DNA of 64,000 bases from a bacterium (lineage in GTDB: Bacteria > Bacteroidota > Ignavibacteria > Ignavibacteriales > Melioribacteraceae), in NCBI GenBank assembly GCA_027398005.1, contig DAHYUM010000001.1:203-64202 (forward strand), in the 5' to 3' direction. Under the pieces are notes generated by a model. It was not told the origin of the DNA. It searched no databases and worked only from the letters and a program-made list of their open reading frames with translations. The stretch's first letter is position 1, and every line of letters starts with the position of its first letter. A program made the position numbers and the translations under genes. Shown here piece after piece: positions 54,934 through 64,000 of this stretch.

Positions 54934-55575
54934 ATGAAACAAGTTGCCATCATGATTGATGCTGGGTTTTTTAAAAAGAAATTTCAAGAAAAAAACAGCA
55001 ACAAATTTCCTTATGCAAAGCATATTATAGAGTTTTCGAAAAAATGCATTGAAAAGGATGAAGAACTATTCAGAGTCTATTACTATGATTGTCCACCATT
55101 TGATAAAGAAATAAAACAGCCGGTTAGTAAAACACCAATTGACTATTCAAAGAGCAAGGCATTTGAAGCGGCTAATAGATTTCAACAAGAACTTGCAAAA
55201 AGTGATTATATTGCTTTTAGAAAAGGTAGTTTATCGTTTGAAGGGTGGGCAATTACTGATGGTGCAATTCAAGATTTAATGACAGCTTCACGAACTTTAG
55301 TAGATAGTGATTTCAAACCGATATTTAAACAAAAAAGAGTGGATATTAAAATAGGCCTTGATGTCGCATGGCTATCTTCTAAAAGAATTGTAGATCGAAT
55401 TATACTTGTTGCAGGGGATTATGATTTCGAACCAGTAATAAAATTTGCGCGAAAAGAAGGTATTCAAGTAGTTCTTGTGACTCTTAACCATACTACTGTT
55501 AAGAAAGAATTAAGAGAGCACTGTGATATTTTTAGGAGTGTTGAAATCCCAACGCCATTTGCTCCACAAGCATGA
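54934..55575 (+). CDS. NYN (LabA-like) domain protein, second and divergent copy
   Basis: 213 aa. Motifs IDAGF, KQKRVDIKIGLDV and ILVAGDYDFEPV. An AAGGGGG RBS is present. Confidence 0.75.
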   Translation: MKQVAIMIDAGFFKKKFQEKNSNKFPYAKHIIEFSKKCIEKDEELFRVYYYDCPPFDKEIKQPVSKTPIDYSKSKAFEAANRFQQELAKSDYIAFRKGSLSFEGWAITDGAIQDLMTASRTLVDSDFKPIFKQKRVDIKIGLDVAWLSSKRIVDRIILVAGDYDFEPVIKFARKEGIQVVLVTLNHTTVKKELREHCDIFRSVEIPTPFAPQA

Positions 55576-55902
55576 AATAATAAAGCAGAGCGAAAGAGTT
55601 TCTATTTATAAGTTCTTTTAAGCGCTTCTCTTTGAGGTTTTCAAGCAGACTACTTTATAATTATCTTTTTCCTTGTTTTGATATGTGTTCATTTTATGGC
55701 ATCGTATAAATTTATTCCATGTTCCAACCAATTCGATTTTATTATATAGCAAATATTTTATTTGGATTTCCCCCCTGTTTTAAATGACCAAATAGTTTCA
55801 TAATTTAAATTATATCAATCGGGGATTGTTTGTCAATCTTATATGCCATTGAATAACTTAAAATGGTTTAACGTTATTTTGAAAATAAAATAAGAGCTGA
55901 TT

Positions 55903-58900
55903 ATGAAAAGAGCCGGGAAATTATTTATCTGTTTGTTTGCCCTTTTATTTACTGTTCCACTATTAATGGGGCAGACGGCAAAAAAGAACACAGGAGAAAA
56001 TTACCAAAACATTACAAAACAGTTTGCCAATCCGCCGGCAGAATACAGCACGGCGCCATTCTGGGTTTGGAATGAGAAAATTACTAAACAGAGAATTGAC
56101 GAGAACCTTAGGGATTACAAGGAACGCGGATTATACCAGCTGATACTTCATCCGCGCCCCGGTTTGATAACCCCTTACCTTAACAATGAATGGTTTTCCC
56201 TTGTAAAATACGCTGTTGATAAGGCGAAAAGCCTTGGAATGAAAATATGGCTGTACGATGAAAACTCCTATCCATCGGGCTTTGCCGGAGGTAATGTACC
56301 GGCCCAAATGCCCGAAACTAGGGGCAATATGCTAAGGCTTATAAAGACAGGGGATCTATCCAAGGTAAATGCCGAAATAGCGTTTATTATGAAGAAGGAG
56401 GGGGATAAATATTCCGAAATAAGTAAATCGGATATGAAGCCGGGGGAAGAATATTATGTGTTTGTTTATGCCCCGGCTCCCGAAGGCTCGTGGTACGGCG
56501 GATATTATTACGTTGACCTTATGCAGCGCAAGACAACGGATGAATTTATCAAGCTTACGCACGGCGGCTATAAGAAAACCATCGGCGGTGAATTCGGCAA
56601 GACTGTTATGGGAATGTTTACCGATGAACCGAATATAAGAGTAGCCTACGGTGATAACCTGATAGCATATACCCCCGAACTTTTCAGCTACTTTAAAAAG
56701 AAATGGGGATACGACCTTAAAGAGAATCTTCCCCTGCTTTTTGATGAAACAGGCAATTGGAGAAAGGTAAGGCATAACTATAATTCCGTCTTGCTCGATC
56801 TTTTCTCTTCAAACTGGGCGGTTCCCTACAGCCAATATGGCGAGAAGAATAATCTGCCTATGACGGGGCATTACTGGGAACACGACTGGCCGGCCCCGCG
56901 CAACTGTCCCGATAATATGGCTATGGCTTCCTATTCGCAGGTACCCGGTATAGACCTGCTGATGAACCAATGGAACGACAGGGCGTACGCTCAGTTCGGC
57001 AACAGCCGTTTTGTAAAAGAACTTGGCAGTGTTGCCAACCAGATGGGACGGAAACGCACATTAAGCGAAACCTACGGAGCCTCAGGGTGGGATTTAACAT
57101 TCAGCGATATGAAAAGGATAGGAGATTGGGAATATGCGCTTGGCGTTAACCTGATGAACCAGCATCTATCCTATTATTCAATTACCGGAAGCAGAAAGAG
57201 GGACCACCCCCTTTCTTTTTCGTACCACGAGCCATACTGGCCCGATTATAAAGTGCTTGCCGATTATTTTTCGCGCCTTTCTTACGCGCTTACAAGAGGC
57301 AGACAGGAAAATAAGATTCTTGTGCTTGAACCGACCACTACGGGATGGATTTATTATAATTTAAATTCGGCTATGAATAATCCCGACCCGAAACAGGGCG
57401 CCGAAAAAGTATTTCCGAAACTTGCCGAATCGTTCCACGCATTCGTTAACAATCTCGAAAAATGGCAGATTGAATATGACCTAGGCTGCGAGGATATAAT
57501 GAAACGGTTCGGTTCGGTGGATAACAATATGCTAAAAGTGGGGCAGGCCTCGTATAATTTATTTGTAATTCCCCCCGTTACCGATAACCTAGATTCGGAA
57601 ACAGTTCAGCTTCTGGAAAAATTTCTTAAGAACGGAGGCAGGGTGTTATCCACTAAAGAACTGCCTGGATATGTTAACGGAGTTGAAAGCGGCGTAATTG
57701 CTAAGCTTGCATCGGAATACAAAAACAACTGGAAACAGGTTGAAAATATTACGGCGGCCGAAATTAATTCCATGAGCACCCCGTCAATCTATTTCACGTT
57801 CGAAAACGGGAATAACCTGGTTTTCCATCACCGCAGAACCGTTGCCGACGGCGAAATAATTTTTATTGCCAATACGGCAGATAGCTTAAACGCCAAAGGC
57901 TCTTTTTCGGTTAAAGCGGGAAACGTTGAACTTCTTAACTGCTTTACCGGAAAAACAGAAAAATATCCTTTTAAAACCTCTGACGGATGGGTGGAAGTTA
58001 ATTTCGATATGCCCCGTTCGGGAAGTATGCTTTTTTATGTAAAACCCGCAGCCGCAAAAAGTGTAAAGAAAGAAATATATAAAGAAAGCGAAGTCCCTTT
58101 TAACGCGGGAATGAGCATAGAACGTAATGCCCCGAATGTACTTACAATAGATTACTGCGACCTGAAAATCGGGGATAAGACCTGGAAAGATATTTATTTC
58201 TATCCGGCACAGGTTGAAACTTTTAAGGCTGTTGGCATGCCCCGCAGCCCGTGGGATAACTCGGTCCAGTATCAGTCCGATATTATAAGCAAAAACAAAT
58301 TCCCTGAAGGAAGCGGGTTTACTGCCGATTATTATTTTACACTCGATAGCGGAGTAGATACCAAAAGCCTTCGCCTTGTTTCAGAAAAACCCTCTGTATT
58401 TCAGGTGCTTATTAACGATAAACCTATTAAAGCCGAAAAGGGGAAATGGTGGCTCGATAAAGATTTCGGGGTTTATAATATAAGCGGATATGTAAAAACC
58501 GGCGTTAATAAAGTTACCGTAAAAGTAACCCCAATGAGCATCTACGCCGAGCTGGAATCGGTTTATATACTTGGCAATTTTTCTCTCGTTCCTCAGGAAA
58601 AGGGATTTAAGATTACCCCCGCTTCTAAAATTGAACTGGGCCCCTGGAATAAACAGGGTATGCCTTTATACGGCAATAAAGTATCCTACACACGCAGTAT
58701 AAATGCGGATAAGGGGAGCGAAAATTACATTGTTCGTTTAGGCAGATGGGAGGGAAGTACAGCCGAAGTGTATGTTAACGGAAAGAAAGCGGGAATTATC
58801 GGCTTTGCCCCGTTTGAACTTGATATAACTAAATATCTGCGCAAAGGGGAAAATAAAATTACTGTTTCTGTAATTGGAACTTTAAGAAACACCCTCGGGC

Positions 58901-59037
58901 CTCATCATAGTTATTCAAACGGTTCCTGCTGGCCTTCGATGTTCCAGTCGATGCAGAAAGGTTATACTCTTGCAGGCGATTCCTATGCCGGCAATCCTTA
59001 CGGCCTTATGGATGAATTCAAGGTTATTAAACGGTAA
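55903..59037 (+). CDS. Large secreted glycoside hydrolase (possibly GH106-type alpha-L-rhamnosidase-like; family not verified)
   Basis: 1044 aa with a signal peptide. The N-terminal FANPPAEYSTAPFWVWNEKIT block is typical of a family of large FCB-group glycosidases. Rhamnose catabolic genes lie nearby. Confidence 0.6.
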   Translation: MKRAGKLFICLFALLFTVPLLMGQTAKKNTGENYQNITKQFANPPAEYSTAPFWVWNEKITKQRIDENLRDYKERGLYQLILHPRPGLITPYLNNEWFSLVKYAVDKAKSLGMKIWLYDENSYPSGFAGGNVPAQMPETRGNMLRLIKTGDLSKVNAEIAFIMKKEGDKYSEISKSDMKPGEEYYVFVYAPAPEGSWYGGYYYVDLMQRKTTDEFIKLTHGGYKKTIGGEFGKTVMGMFTDEPNIRVAYGDNLIAYTPELFSYFKKKWGYDLKENLPLLFDETGNWRKVRHNYNSVLLDLFSSNWAVPYSQYGEKNNLPMTGHYWEHDWPAPRNCPDNMAMASYSQVPGIDLLMNQWNDRAYAQFGNSRFVKELGSVANQMGRKRTLSETYGASGWDLTFSDMKRIGDWEYALGVNLMNQHLSYYSITGSRKRDHPLSFSYHEPYWPDYKVLADYFSRLSYALTRGRQENKILVLEPTTTGWIYYNLNSAMNNPDPKQGAEKVFPKLAESFHAFVNNLEKWQIEYDLGCEDIMKRFGSVDNNMLKVGQASYNLFVIPPVTDNLDSETVQLLEKFLKNGGRVLSTKELPGYVNGVESGVIAKLASEYKNNWKQVENITAAEINSMSTPSIYFTFENGNNLVFHHRRTVADGEIIFIANTADSLNAKGSFSVKAGNVELLNCFTGKTEKYPFKTSDGWVEVNFDMPRSGSMLFYVKPAAAKSVKKEIYKESEVPFNAGMSIERNAPNVLTIDYCDLKIGDKTWKDIYFYPAQVETFKAVGMPRSPWDNSVQYQSDIISKNKFPEGSGFTADYYFTLDSGVDTKSLRLVSEKPSVFQVLINDKPIKAEKGKWWLDKDFGVYNISGYVKTGVNKVTVKVTPMSIYAELESVYILGNFSLVPQEKGFKITPASKIELGPWNKQGMPLYGNKVSYTRSINADKGSENYIVRLGRWEGSTAEVYVNGKKAGIIGFAPFELDITKYLRKGENKITVSVIGTLRNTLGPHHSYSNGSCWPSMFQSMQKGYTLAGDSYAGNPYGLMDEFKVIKR

Positions 59038-59061
59038 TATAACTGGCAGGTAATTTAAGGA

Positions 59062-59109
59062 ACGCCTAAAAGCTTAAAAAGGATTTGAGCTTTTGGGCGT
59101 TTCTTCTTG
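59062..59109 (+). terminator. Possible terminator of the glycosidase gene, embedded in the 3' end of the convergent response-regulator gene
   Basis: ACGCCTAAAAGC-(15 nt)-GCTTTTGGGCGT forms a 12-bp stem with one G.U pair, followed by TTCTTCTT. Confidence 0.4.
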
Positions 59110-59770
59110 ATACCGTCACTTCCATTCCGTTTGAAAGTGTAAGTTTAAGTGTATTGCCTAAGCCCGGCTTAACCGACTGAATGTAGTTCAAATTAATTAT
59201 ATGCGTACGGCTTGCCCTGAAGAAAATTGATGAATCGGCCTTCTCTTCAATCTGATTTAAGGATTTGTAGATAAGCGGCTTGCCCCCCTGGTAATAAACG
59301 CGCGTATAATTGCCCTCGCTTTCGAACGCGTTAATTTCATCCGTATTAATCAGCCAGCATTTTTCCCCCTCTTTAATAAATATTCTTTTAGGCAGGCCGG
59401 TCTCTTCTTTTGCCGTTTTAGGAGCCATTCTGCGCGCTTTATTCAAAGCCCTTTCTAGGGCCTCTTTTTTTACCGGCTTAAGAAGATAATCAAGGGCATT
59501 ATATTCAAACGATTTAATTGCATATTCGTCGTATGCGGTGGTAAATATAACAAGGGGAATTTCCTCAAGCATTTCTAGAAGTTCAAATCCGTTTTTGCCC
59601 GGCATATTTATATCTAGAAAAATCAGGTCAATTTCCTTCCGGTTAAGTAATTCAAATGCCTCTTCGGCATTGGAAGCTTCCCCCTCCAATTTTATCTCTT
59701 CAAATTCTTTTAATAGGCCGGCTAATTCCTTTCTTGCAAGCCTCGAATCTTCCACTATAATCGCTTTCAT
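59066..59770 (-). CDS. LytR/AlgR-family response regulator (REC + LytTR DNA-binding domain)
   Basis: The REC domain has DLIFLDINMPG and the C-terminal LytTR domain has FFRASRTHIINL. Confidence 0.9.
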   Translation of the reverse strand: MKAIIVEDSRLARKELAGLLKEFEEIKLEGEASNAEEAFELLNRKEIDLIFLDINMPGKNGFELLEMLEEIPLVIFTTAYDEYAIKSFEYNALDYLLKPVKKEALERALNKARRMAPKTAKEETGLPKRIFIKEGEKCWLINTDEINAFESEGNYTRVYYQGGKPLIYKSLNQIEEKADSSIFFRASRTHIINLNYIQSVKPGLGNTLKLTLSNGMEVTVSRRNAQKLKSFLSF

Positions 59771-60825
59771 AATTTCCCCTCGAAAGGCAGAGTAATTAAT
59801 GCGTTAACCAAACTCCCCTCCTGATAAAGAGAAAAGGAAGCATCCTTTCCGTATAATATTGAAAGACGGTCTTTAATGTTCGCTATTCCAACTCCCCCTT
59901 CGGCGTTTCCCTTTTCAACAGCCAGGGTTCCGGTGTTGGAAACTTTTATCTTTAAATTGCTTTCCTCTCTTGAGACGCTAATATTAATTACGCCCCCTTC
60001 CTTTAATTTGCTTAGCCCGTGTTTAATAGCGTTTTCGGCAACAAGCTGAACTATCATGGGGGGTACAAGGGCTCTTTCGCATTCGGCACTAATGTTTATT
60101 TCATATTTAAGCCTTTCTTCCATATGCAGACTTTCAAGTTTCAGGTATTCTGTCAGGAACCCGGCTTCGTTTTTTAGTGTAACTTTCTGCTCGTTGCGCG
60201 AGGTTAATGAATAACGGAGTATATCTGTAAGGGATGAAATCATATCCCGCGCCCGTTCCCCGTCTTCCCTTATAAGGCTTCTTATATTATTAAGAGTATT
60301 GAAAAGGAAATGGGGATTGAGCTGAGCCCTTAAGCTATCCAGTCTGGCGGCTTGAAGGGAATTTATAAGGCGCAGGTTGGCAAGCTCCTTTTCACGGTTG
60401 GCTATGTAATATATAAAGAGAAAATAAATTGTTATCCATAATAATATAACCGGGTACAGGCTTAGAAAATTATTAATCATTAAAGTAACGGGGGAGGTTG
60501 AATAATCCCTTAAAAGAAGTATTGTACCTATTCCGGTTACCACAATTAAAATTGTGGTAATTATGGACTGGGGAATAATGCCTATTATAATTCTGTTCGG
60601 CTTTTTGGAATAGACATCCCTTATTCCCCAATAGTAGCGCAGCGCGGTTGTGAATACAAATCCCCATGCCATCGGAAAAATTCCGAATAAAGCCCTCTCA
60701 AAATCGAAATTAGTTCTTATTGACTGGAAAATAAGATTTATAAGGGCAACAATGCTCCATCCGATAATATTCGTAATAAAAAATTTACCGGATGGAGCGT
60801 TTTTTAGAATCGTTCGTTTATCCAT
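59767..60825 (-). CDS. LytS/YehU-type sensor histidine kinase
   Basis: An N-terminal region of about 4 TM helices, then LNPHFLFNTLN (the His_kinase H-box) and a C-terminal HATPase domain (ENAIKHG). Confidence 0.9.
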   Translation of the reverse strand: MDKRTILKNAPSGKFFITNIIGWSIVALINLIFQSIRTNFDFERALFGIFPMAWGFVFTTALRYYWGIRDVYSKKPNRIIIGIIPQSIITTILIVVTGIGTILLLRDYSTSPVTLMINNFLSLYPVILLWITIYFLFIYYIANREKELANLRLINSLQAARLDSLRAQLNPHFLFNTLNNIRSLIREDGERARDMISSLTDILRYSLTSRNEQKVTLKNEAGFLTEYLKLESLHMEERLKYEINISAECERALVPPMIVQLVAENAIKHGLSKLKEGGVINISVSREESNLKIKVSNTGTLAVEKGNAEGGVGIANIKDRLSILYGKDASFSLYQEGSLVNALITLPFEGKL

Positions 60826-62195
60826 TTTACAATCGTATTAAGTGCTGTTAAAGACATTGTCTGTTCAATTAATCTATACTCGGATACATCCCCCGTCTTT
60901 GCTTCCTGAAAGGCGTGGTTTAATCCCGGAAGGTAATTTACTGTAAAATCCCGATTTTTTCCCCTCTCAAGGGCATTTTTCATTCCCGTCAAATTCATTT
61001 CAGCGTCCACCTGTTTATCCAGTGTACCATTAATTGCGAGTAACGGGCATTTAACTTCTTCAAGCGCTGGGGCGGGATTATAAGAAATAAAATAACGGAA
61101 CCAGGGGGAGAGGCATCTTTTTACAAATGCGTCCTGAGTTCCCTTATCGCCGTTGGCGTGGTTGTATTTCAAAAGAACTTCCCTTACTCCCTTTTCAAGT
61201 TGGGCATCATCTTTTATATCTTTAATAAGGCCGAAAACTTCGCGGTTCATATTAAGCAGTTTTTCAATATCCTTAGCGGGCCTCTTTTCCGATTTTGCAA
61301 GCTCCTCAATCTGCTTTAGCATAAGGTTGTCTATTGTAACGGCGGGGCCGGCAAGCGAAATTACAAATGCTACATCTTTATCGCGCGCAGCAGTCATTGG
61401 GGCAATCAAACCTCCTTCGCTGTGCCCTATAAGCCCTATCTTCTTGGTATCAATATCATTCCTTGTCTTAAGATATTCAACTGCGGCTTCGGCATCGGTA
61501 GAAAAATCGTACGAAGTTGCCTTGCTGAAATCCCCTTCCGATTGAGCAACGCCCCGGTCGTCGAACCGTAAAACGGCAATCCCGTTTCGGCTAAGGTAAT
61601 CTGAAAGAATTAAAAACGGTTCATGGTCAAACCCTTTCTCGTTCCTGTTCTGCGGACCCGAACCGCTTATAAGCACAGCTACCGGCGGGTTTTTTCTTCC
61701 GTCTGGTATTGTTAATGTCCCTGCAAGCCTTATTGAATTAGCTTTTTTGTTTACGAAGTAAACTTCCTCGCTTTTGTACGGGAACGGGGGTTTGGGGGTC
61801 TGCGGGCGGTTCAATTTAAATCCGGTTATAAGGCTTCTTCCAAAATTGATTTTAATATTGCCGCCGCGCTGTATGAATGAACCGTATATCGAATCGGCTG
61901 AGCTGTTGTATAGCCCGGCAATTGTAAGTCCCATTTTCTTATCGGTTATTATCAGCGAATCCCCCTTTATAACTGTTTCTGCCAGGGGTATATTAACCGC
62001 GCCCTGGTCGGGGCTGTCCATTGCCGATTTCACTGTCCCGTTGTCCTCTCTGGTATGAAGTATAATCTTAATTTTTCTTGAGCCTGCGTTTAACAATCCT
62101 TCCCAGTCGCCGGTTGCATTCTTCTGCGCCTTTAGAGGCATTGCAGTAAGCATAATGAATAATGCTGTAATTGATGTTAGAATGATGCGTTTCAT
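60804..62195 (-). CDS. Secreted alpha/beta-fold serine hydrolase
   Basis: GHSEGG nucleophile elbow. I prefer the start at 62195 (MKRIILTSITALFIMLTAMPLKAQ) with a GGAGAG RBS. The ORF-track start at 62249 was rejected. Confidence 0.8.
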   Translation of the reverse strand: MKRIILTSITALFIMLTAMPLKAQKNATGDWEGLLNAGSRKIKIILHTREDNGTVKSAMDSPDQGAVNIPLAETVIKGDSLIITDKKMGLTIAGLYNSSADSIYGSFIQRGGNIKINFGRSLITGFKLNRPQTPKPPFPYKSEEVYFVNKKANSIRLAGTLTIPDGRKNPPVAVLISGSGPQNRNEKGFDHEPFLILSDYLSRNGIAVLRFDDRGVAQSEGDFSKATSYDFSTDAEAAVEYLKTRNDIDTKKIGLIGHSEGGLIAPMTAARDKDVAFVISLAGPAVTIDNLMLKQIEELAKSEKRPAKDIEKLLNMNREVFGLIKDIKDDAQLEKGVREVLLKYNHANGDKGTQDAFVKRCLSPWFRYFISYNPAPALEEVKCPLLAINGTLDKQVDAEMNLTGMKNALERGKNRDFTVNYLPGLNHAFQEAKTGDVSEYRLIEQTMSLTALNTIVKWINERF

Positions 62196-62263
62196 TTTTC
62201 CTCTCCTTGTTTTAATTACACCCGAAATATGAAAACCGGGAGCGTACAAATGAAGCGTATTAG

Positions 62264-62311
62264 GATGAACGGTCGTATAAAATGATGAACGGTTGGCATT
62301 TTACCGTTTGT
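62264..62311. promoter_or_regulatory. Candidate LytTR operator: three matches to the 9-bp LytTR consensus
   Basis: Read on the minus strand, ACCGTTCAT occurs twice (complement of 62265-62273 and 62285-62293; perfect 10-bp repeats, 20-bp period). On the plus strand, ACCGTTTGT lies at 62303-62311. All three fit [TA][AC][CA]GTTN[AG][TG]. They lie 70-115 nt upstream of the hydrolase-HK-RR operon start. Confidence 0.5.
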
Positions 62312-62389
62312 GAAACAAAAAATCTATTGTTAATTTATATCCGCTGTTGAACGGGAAATAGGGATTATTTTTATATAAGGGAGCACTTA

Positions 62390-63646
62390 ATGGAAAGCAG
62401 GGAAAAATTATATGAAAGCGCAAAGGAGCGCTATGCTGAATACGGCGTTGATACCGGCCTGGCGCTGAAACAATTAAGCGAAGTTAAACTTTCTCTCCAT
62501 TGTTGGCAGGCAGATGATGTAGGGGGATTTGAAAACCAGGGCATCGGGCTGGACGGGGGGCTTGCCGCTACGGGCAATTATCCCGGCAAAGCGCGTAATA
62601 TGACAGAGCTGAAAAACGATTTATTTAAAGTGTTTTCCCTCATTCCCGGCAGGCACAGGCTTAGCCTGCACGCTTTCTACGGCGATTTTAAGGATAAACC
62701 CGCTGATAGGGACGCCATAGGACCCGATAATTTCAGGACCTGGGTTGAATGGGCTAAGCATCTTAAAATCGGAATCGATTTTAACTCTACATTCTTCTCG
62801 CACCCCAAAGCGTCATCCGGTTTTACGCTTGCCAGCCTCGATAAATCGGTGCGCGATTTCTGGATTGAACACGCTCTCCGCTGCCGCGAAATTAGCGAAT
62901 ACATCGGAAGGGAGCTGCATTCAACCTGCATACATAATATCTGGATACCCGACGGGGCAAAGGAGATTACGGTTAACCGTTTCAAGCACAGGGAACTGCT
63001 TAAGGAATCGCTCGATAAAATTATGTCGGTTAAAATGAATCCCGATTTTATGAGGGACGCGATTGAAAGCAAGCTGTTCGGCATCGGAAGCGAATCGTTC
63101 GTAGCAGGCTCGCACGAATTTTATCTGGGCTATGCAGTTAAAAATAATATGATTCTTACTATTGATATAGGGCATTTTCACCCTACCGAATCGTGCGCCG
63201 ATAAAGTTTCGGCCCTCTTCCAGTATATTGATAATCTTCTTTTCCATGTAACGCGCGGCGTTAGATGGGATAGCGACCACGTGGTGCTGTTTAACGACCC
63301 CACAATTGAATTGATGCAGGAAATTGTATGGGCCGGTAAACTGGATAAAGTTTTTCTGGGGCTCGATTATTTTGACGCGAGCATTAATAGAATTGGCGCA
63401 TACGTTATCGGAGTGCGCGCCGCGCTTAAATCGATTCTTGCATCTCTGCTTTCCCCTGTTAAAATTTTAAGGGAATATGAAGAGAAGGGGCGCAATTTTG
63501 AAAAACTCGCACTTCTTGAGGAAATGAAAACATTCCCGTTAAGCGCCGTATGGGATTATTACTGCGAACAGAACGGGGTACCTGTAGGAGCAGACTATAT
63601 TAAGTCGATTCAAATGTATGAATCCGAAGTATTGAACGGAAGATAA
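62390..63646 (+). CDS. rhaA: L-rhamnose isomerase
   Basis: LSLHCWQADDVGGFEN...ATGNYPGKARN..EL..DL......IPG..RLSLHA closely parallels E. coli RhaA. Confidence 0.9.
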   Translation: MESREKLYESAKERYAEYGVDTGLALKQLSEVKLSLHCWQADDVGGFENQGIGLDGGLAATGNYPGKARNMTELKNDLFKVFSLIPGRHRLSLHAFYGDFKDKPADRDAIGPDNFRTWVEWAKHLKIGIDFNSTFFSHPKASSGFTLASLDKSVRDFWIEHALRCREISEYIGRELHSTCIHNIWIPDGAKEITVNRFKHRELLKESLDKIMSVKMNPDFMRDAIESKLFGIGSESFVAGSHEFYLGYAVKNNMILTIDIGHFHPTESCADKVSALFQYIDNLLFHVTRGVRWDSDHVVLFNDPTIELMQEIVWAGKLDKVFLGLDYFDASINRIGAYVIGVRAALKSILASLLSPVKILREYEEKGRNFEKLALLEEMKTFPLSAVWDYYCEQNGVPVGADYIKSIQMYESEVLNGR

Positions 63647-64000
63647 TGCGCCCCGGAATGGAAAAAGCAATAGCGGTATTCGATATTGGCAAGACCAATA
63701 AAAAATTCCTCCTCTTCGGTTTGGGCTACAAGCTTATTGCCGAAGAGGAAATTAAATTCCCCGAAATTGAGGACGATGACGGGTTCCCCTGCGACGATAT
63801 TGGGAAAATTGAAACCTGGATGAAAAATGTTCTTAAGAAGGTGCTCGATGAAGGGAGGTATGAGTTAGCGGGATTAAACTTTGCCACATACGGCGCTACA
63901 ATTGCATTCCTTAATTCAGAAGGGAAAAGATGCGCTCCCGTTTACAACTACCTGAAACCGATGCCCGCCCTATTGAAAGAGAAATTTAATAGGCGCCACA
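63646..64000 (+). CDS. FGGY-family carbohydrate kinase (rhamnulokinase-like), N-terminal part; runs off the right edge
   Basis: A TAATG overlap with the rhaA stop. IAVFDIGKTNKK matches the kinase N-terminal phosphate-1 motif. An alternative ATG lies at 63658. Confidence 0.65.
   Translation, partial: MRPGMEKAIAVFDIGKTNKKFLLFGLGYKLIAEEEIKFPEIEDDDGFPCDDIGKIETWMKNVLKKVLDEGRYELAGLNFATYGATIAFLNSEGKRCAPVYNYLKPMPALLKEKFNRRH

Overview
A densely coding 64-kb chromosomal segment with about 62 CDS and one tRNA-Arg(CCT). I saw no rRNA, CRISPR array, transposase, integrase or recognisable phage or defence cassette. The gene content suggests a Gram-negative FCB-group bacterium, Ignavibacteriota/Bacteroidota-like: bshA, CarboxypepD_reg-domain proteins, a TSP3-repeat OmpA, sialidase and Lnt. 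That taxonomy is inference only. Main blocks, left to right: (1) A minus-strand operon for a CMP-activated ulosonic/nonulosonic-acid-like sugar. It has NeuB-like synthase, KdsC-type phosphatase, SDR, class-III aminotransferase, split transketolase, cytidylyltransferase and a GT-B-like protein, and it runs off the left edge. (2) An OPT transporter and assorted enzymes. (3) A sialidase / beta-lactamase-fold hydrolase / DUF1345 / pseudouridine synthase operon. (4) An ECF sigma/anti-sigma pair and an isolated NYN-domain gene. (5) A compact housekeeping operon: era, DMT, acyP, ispF, dedA, lnt, ltaE, thioesterase. (6) Two tandem CarboxypepD_reg paralogs plus a TonB-like protein. (7) A P-loop NTPase coupled to mobA. 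(8) The most unusual block: a Cys-rich MerR regulator, an octaheme c-type cytochrome (tetrathionate-reductase family), cytochrome b, a split YeeE/YedE sulfur transporter whose second half is fused to a Cys-less rhodanese domain, then DUF134 and a His-tailed NifX-like protein. (9) A repeat-rich intergenic region upstream of galE-rfbC-ugd, followed by bshA, rfbD and OmpA. (10) eno, glnA and a second isolated NYN gene. (11) A large secreted glycoside hydrolase, a LytS/LytTR two-component system with an alpha/beta hydrolase, and rhaA plus an FGGY kinase. LytTR-consensus boxes lie in the divergent promoter region of that last block. All function calls come from reading the translations by eye; no database search was run.
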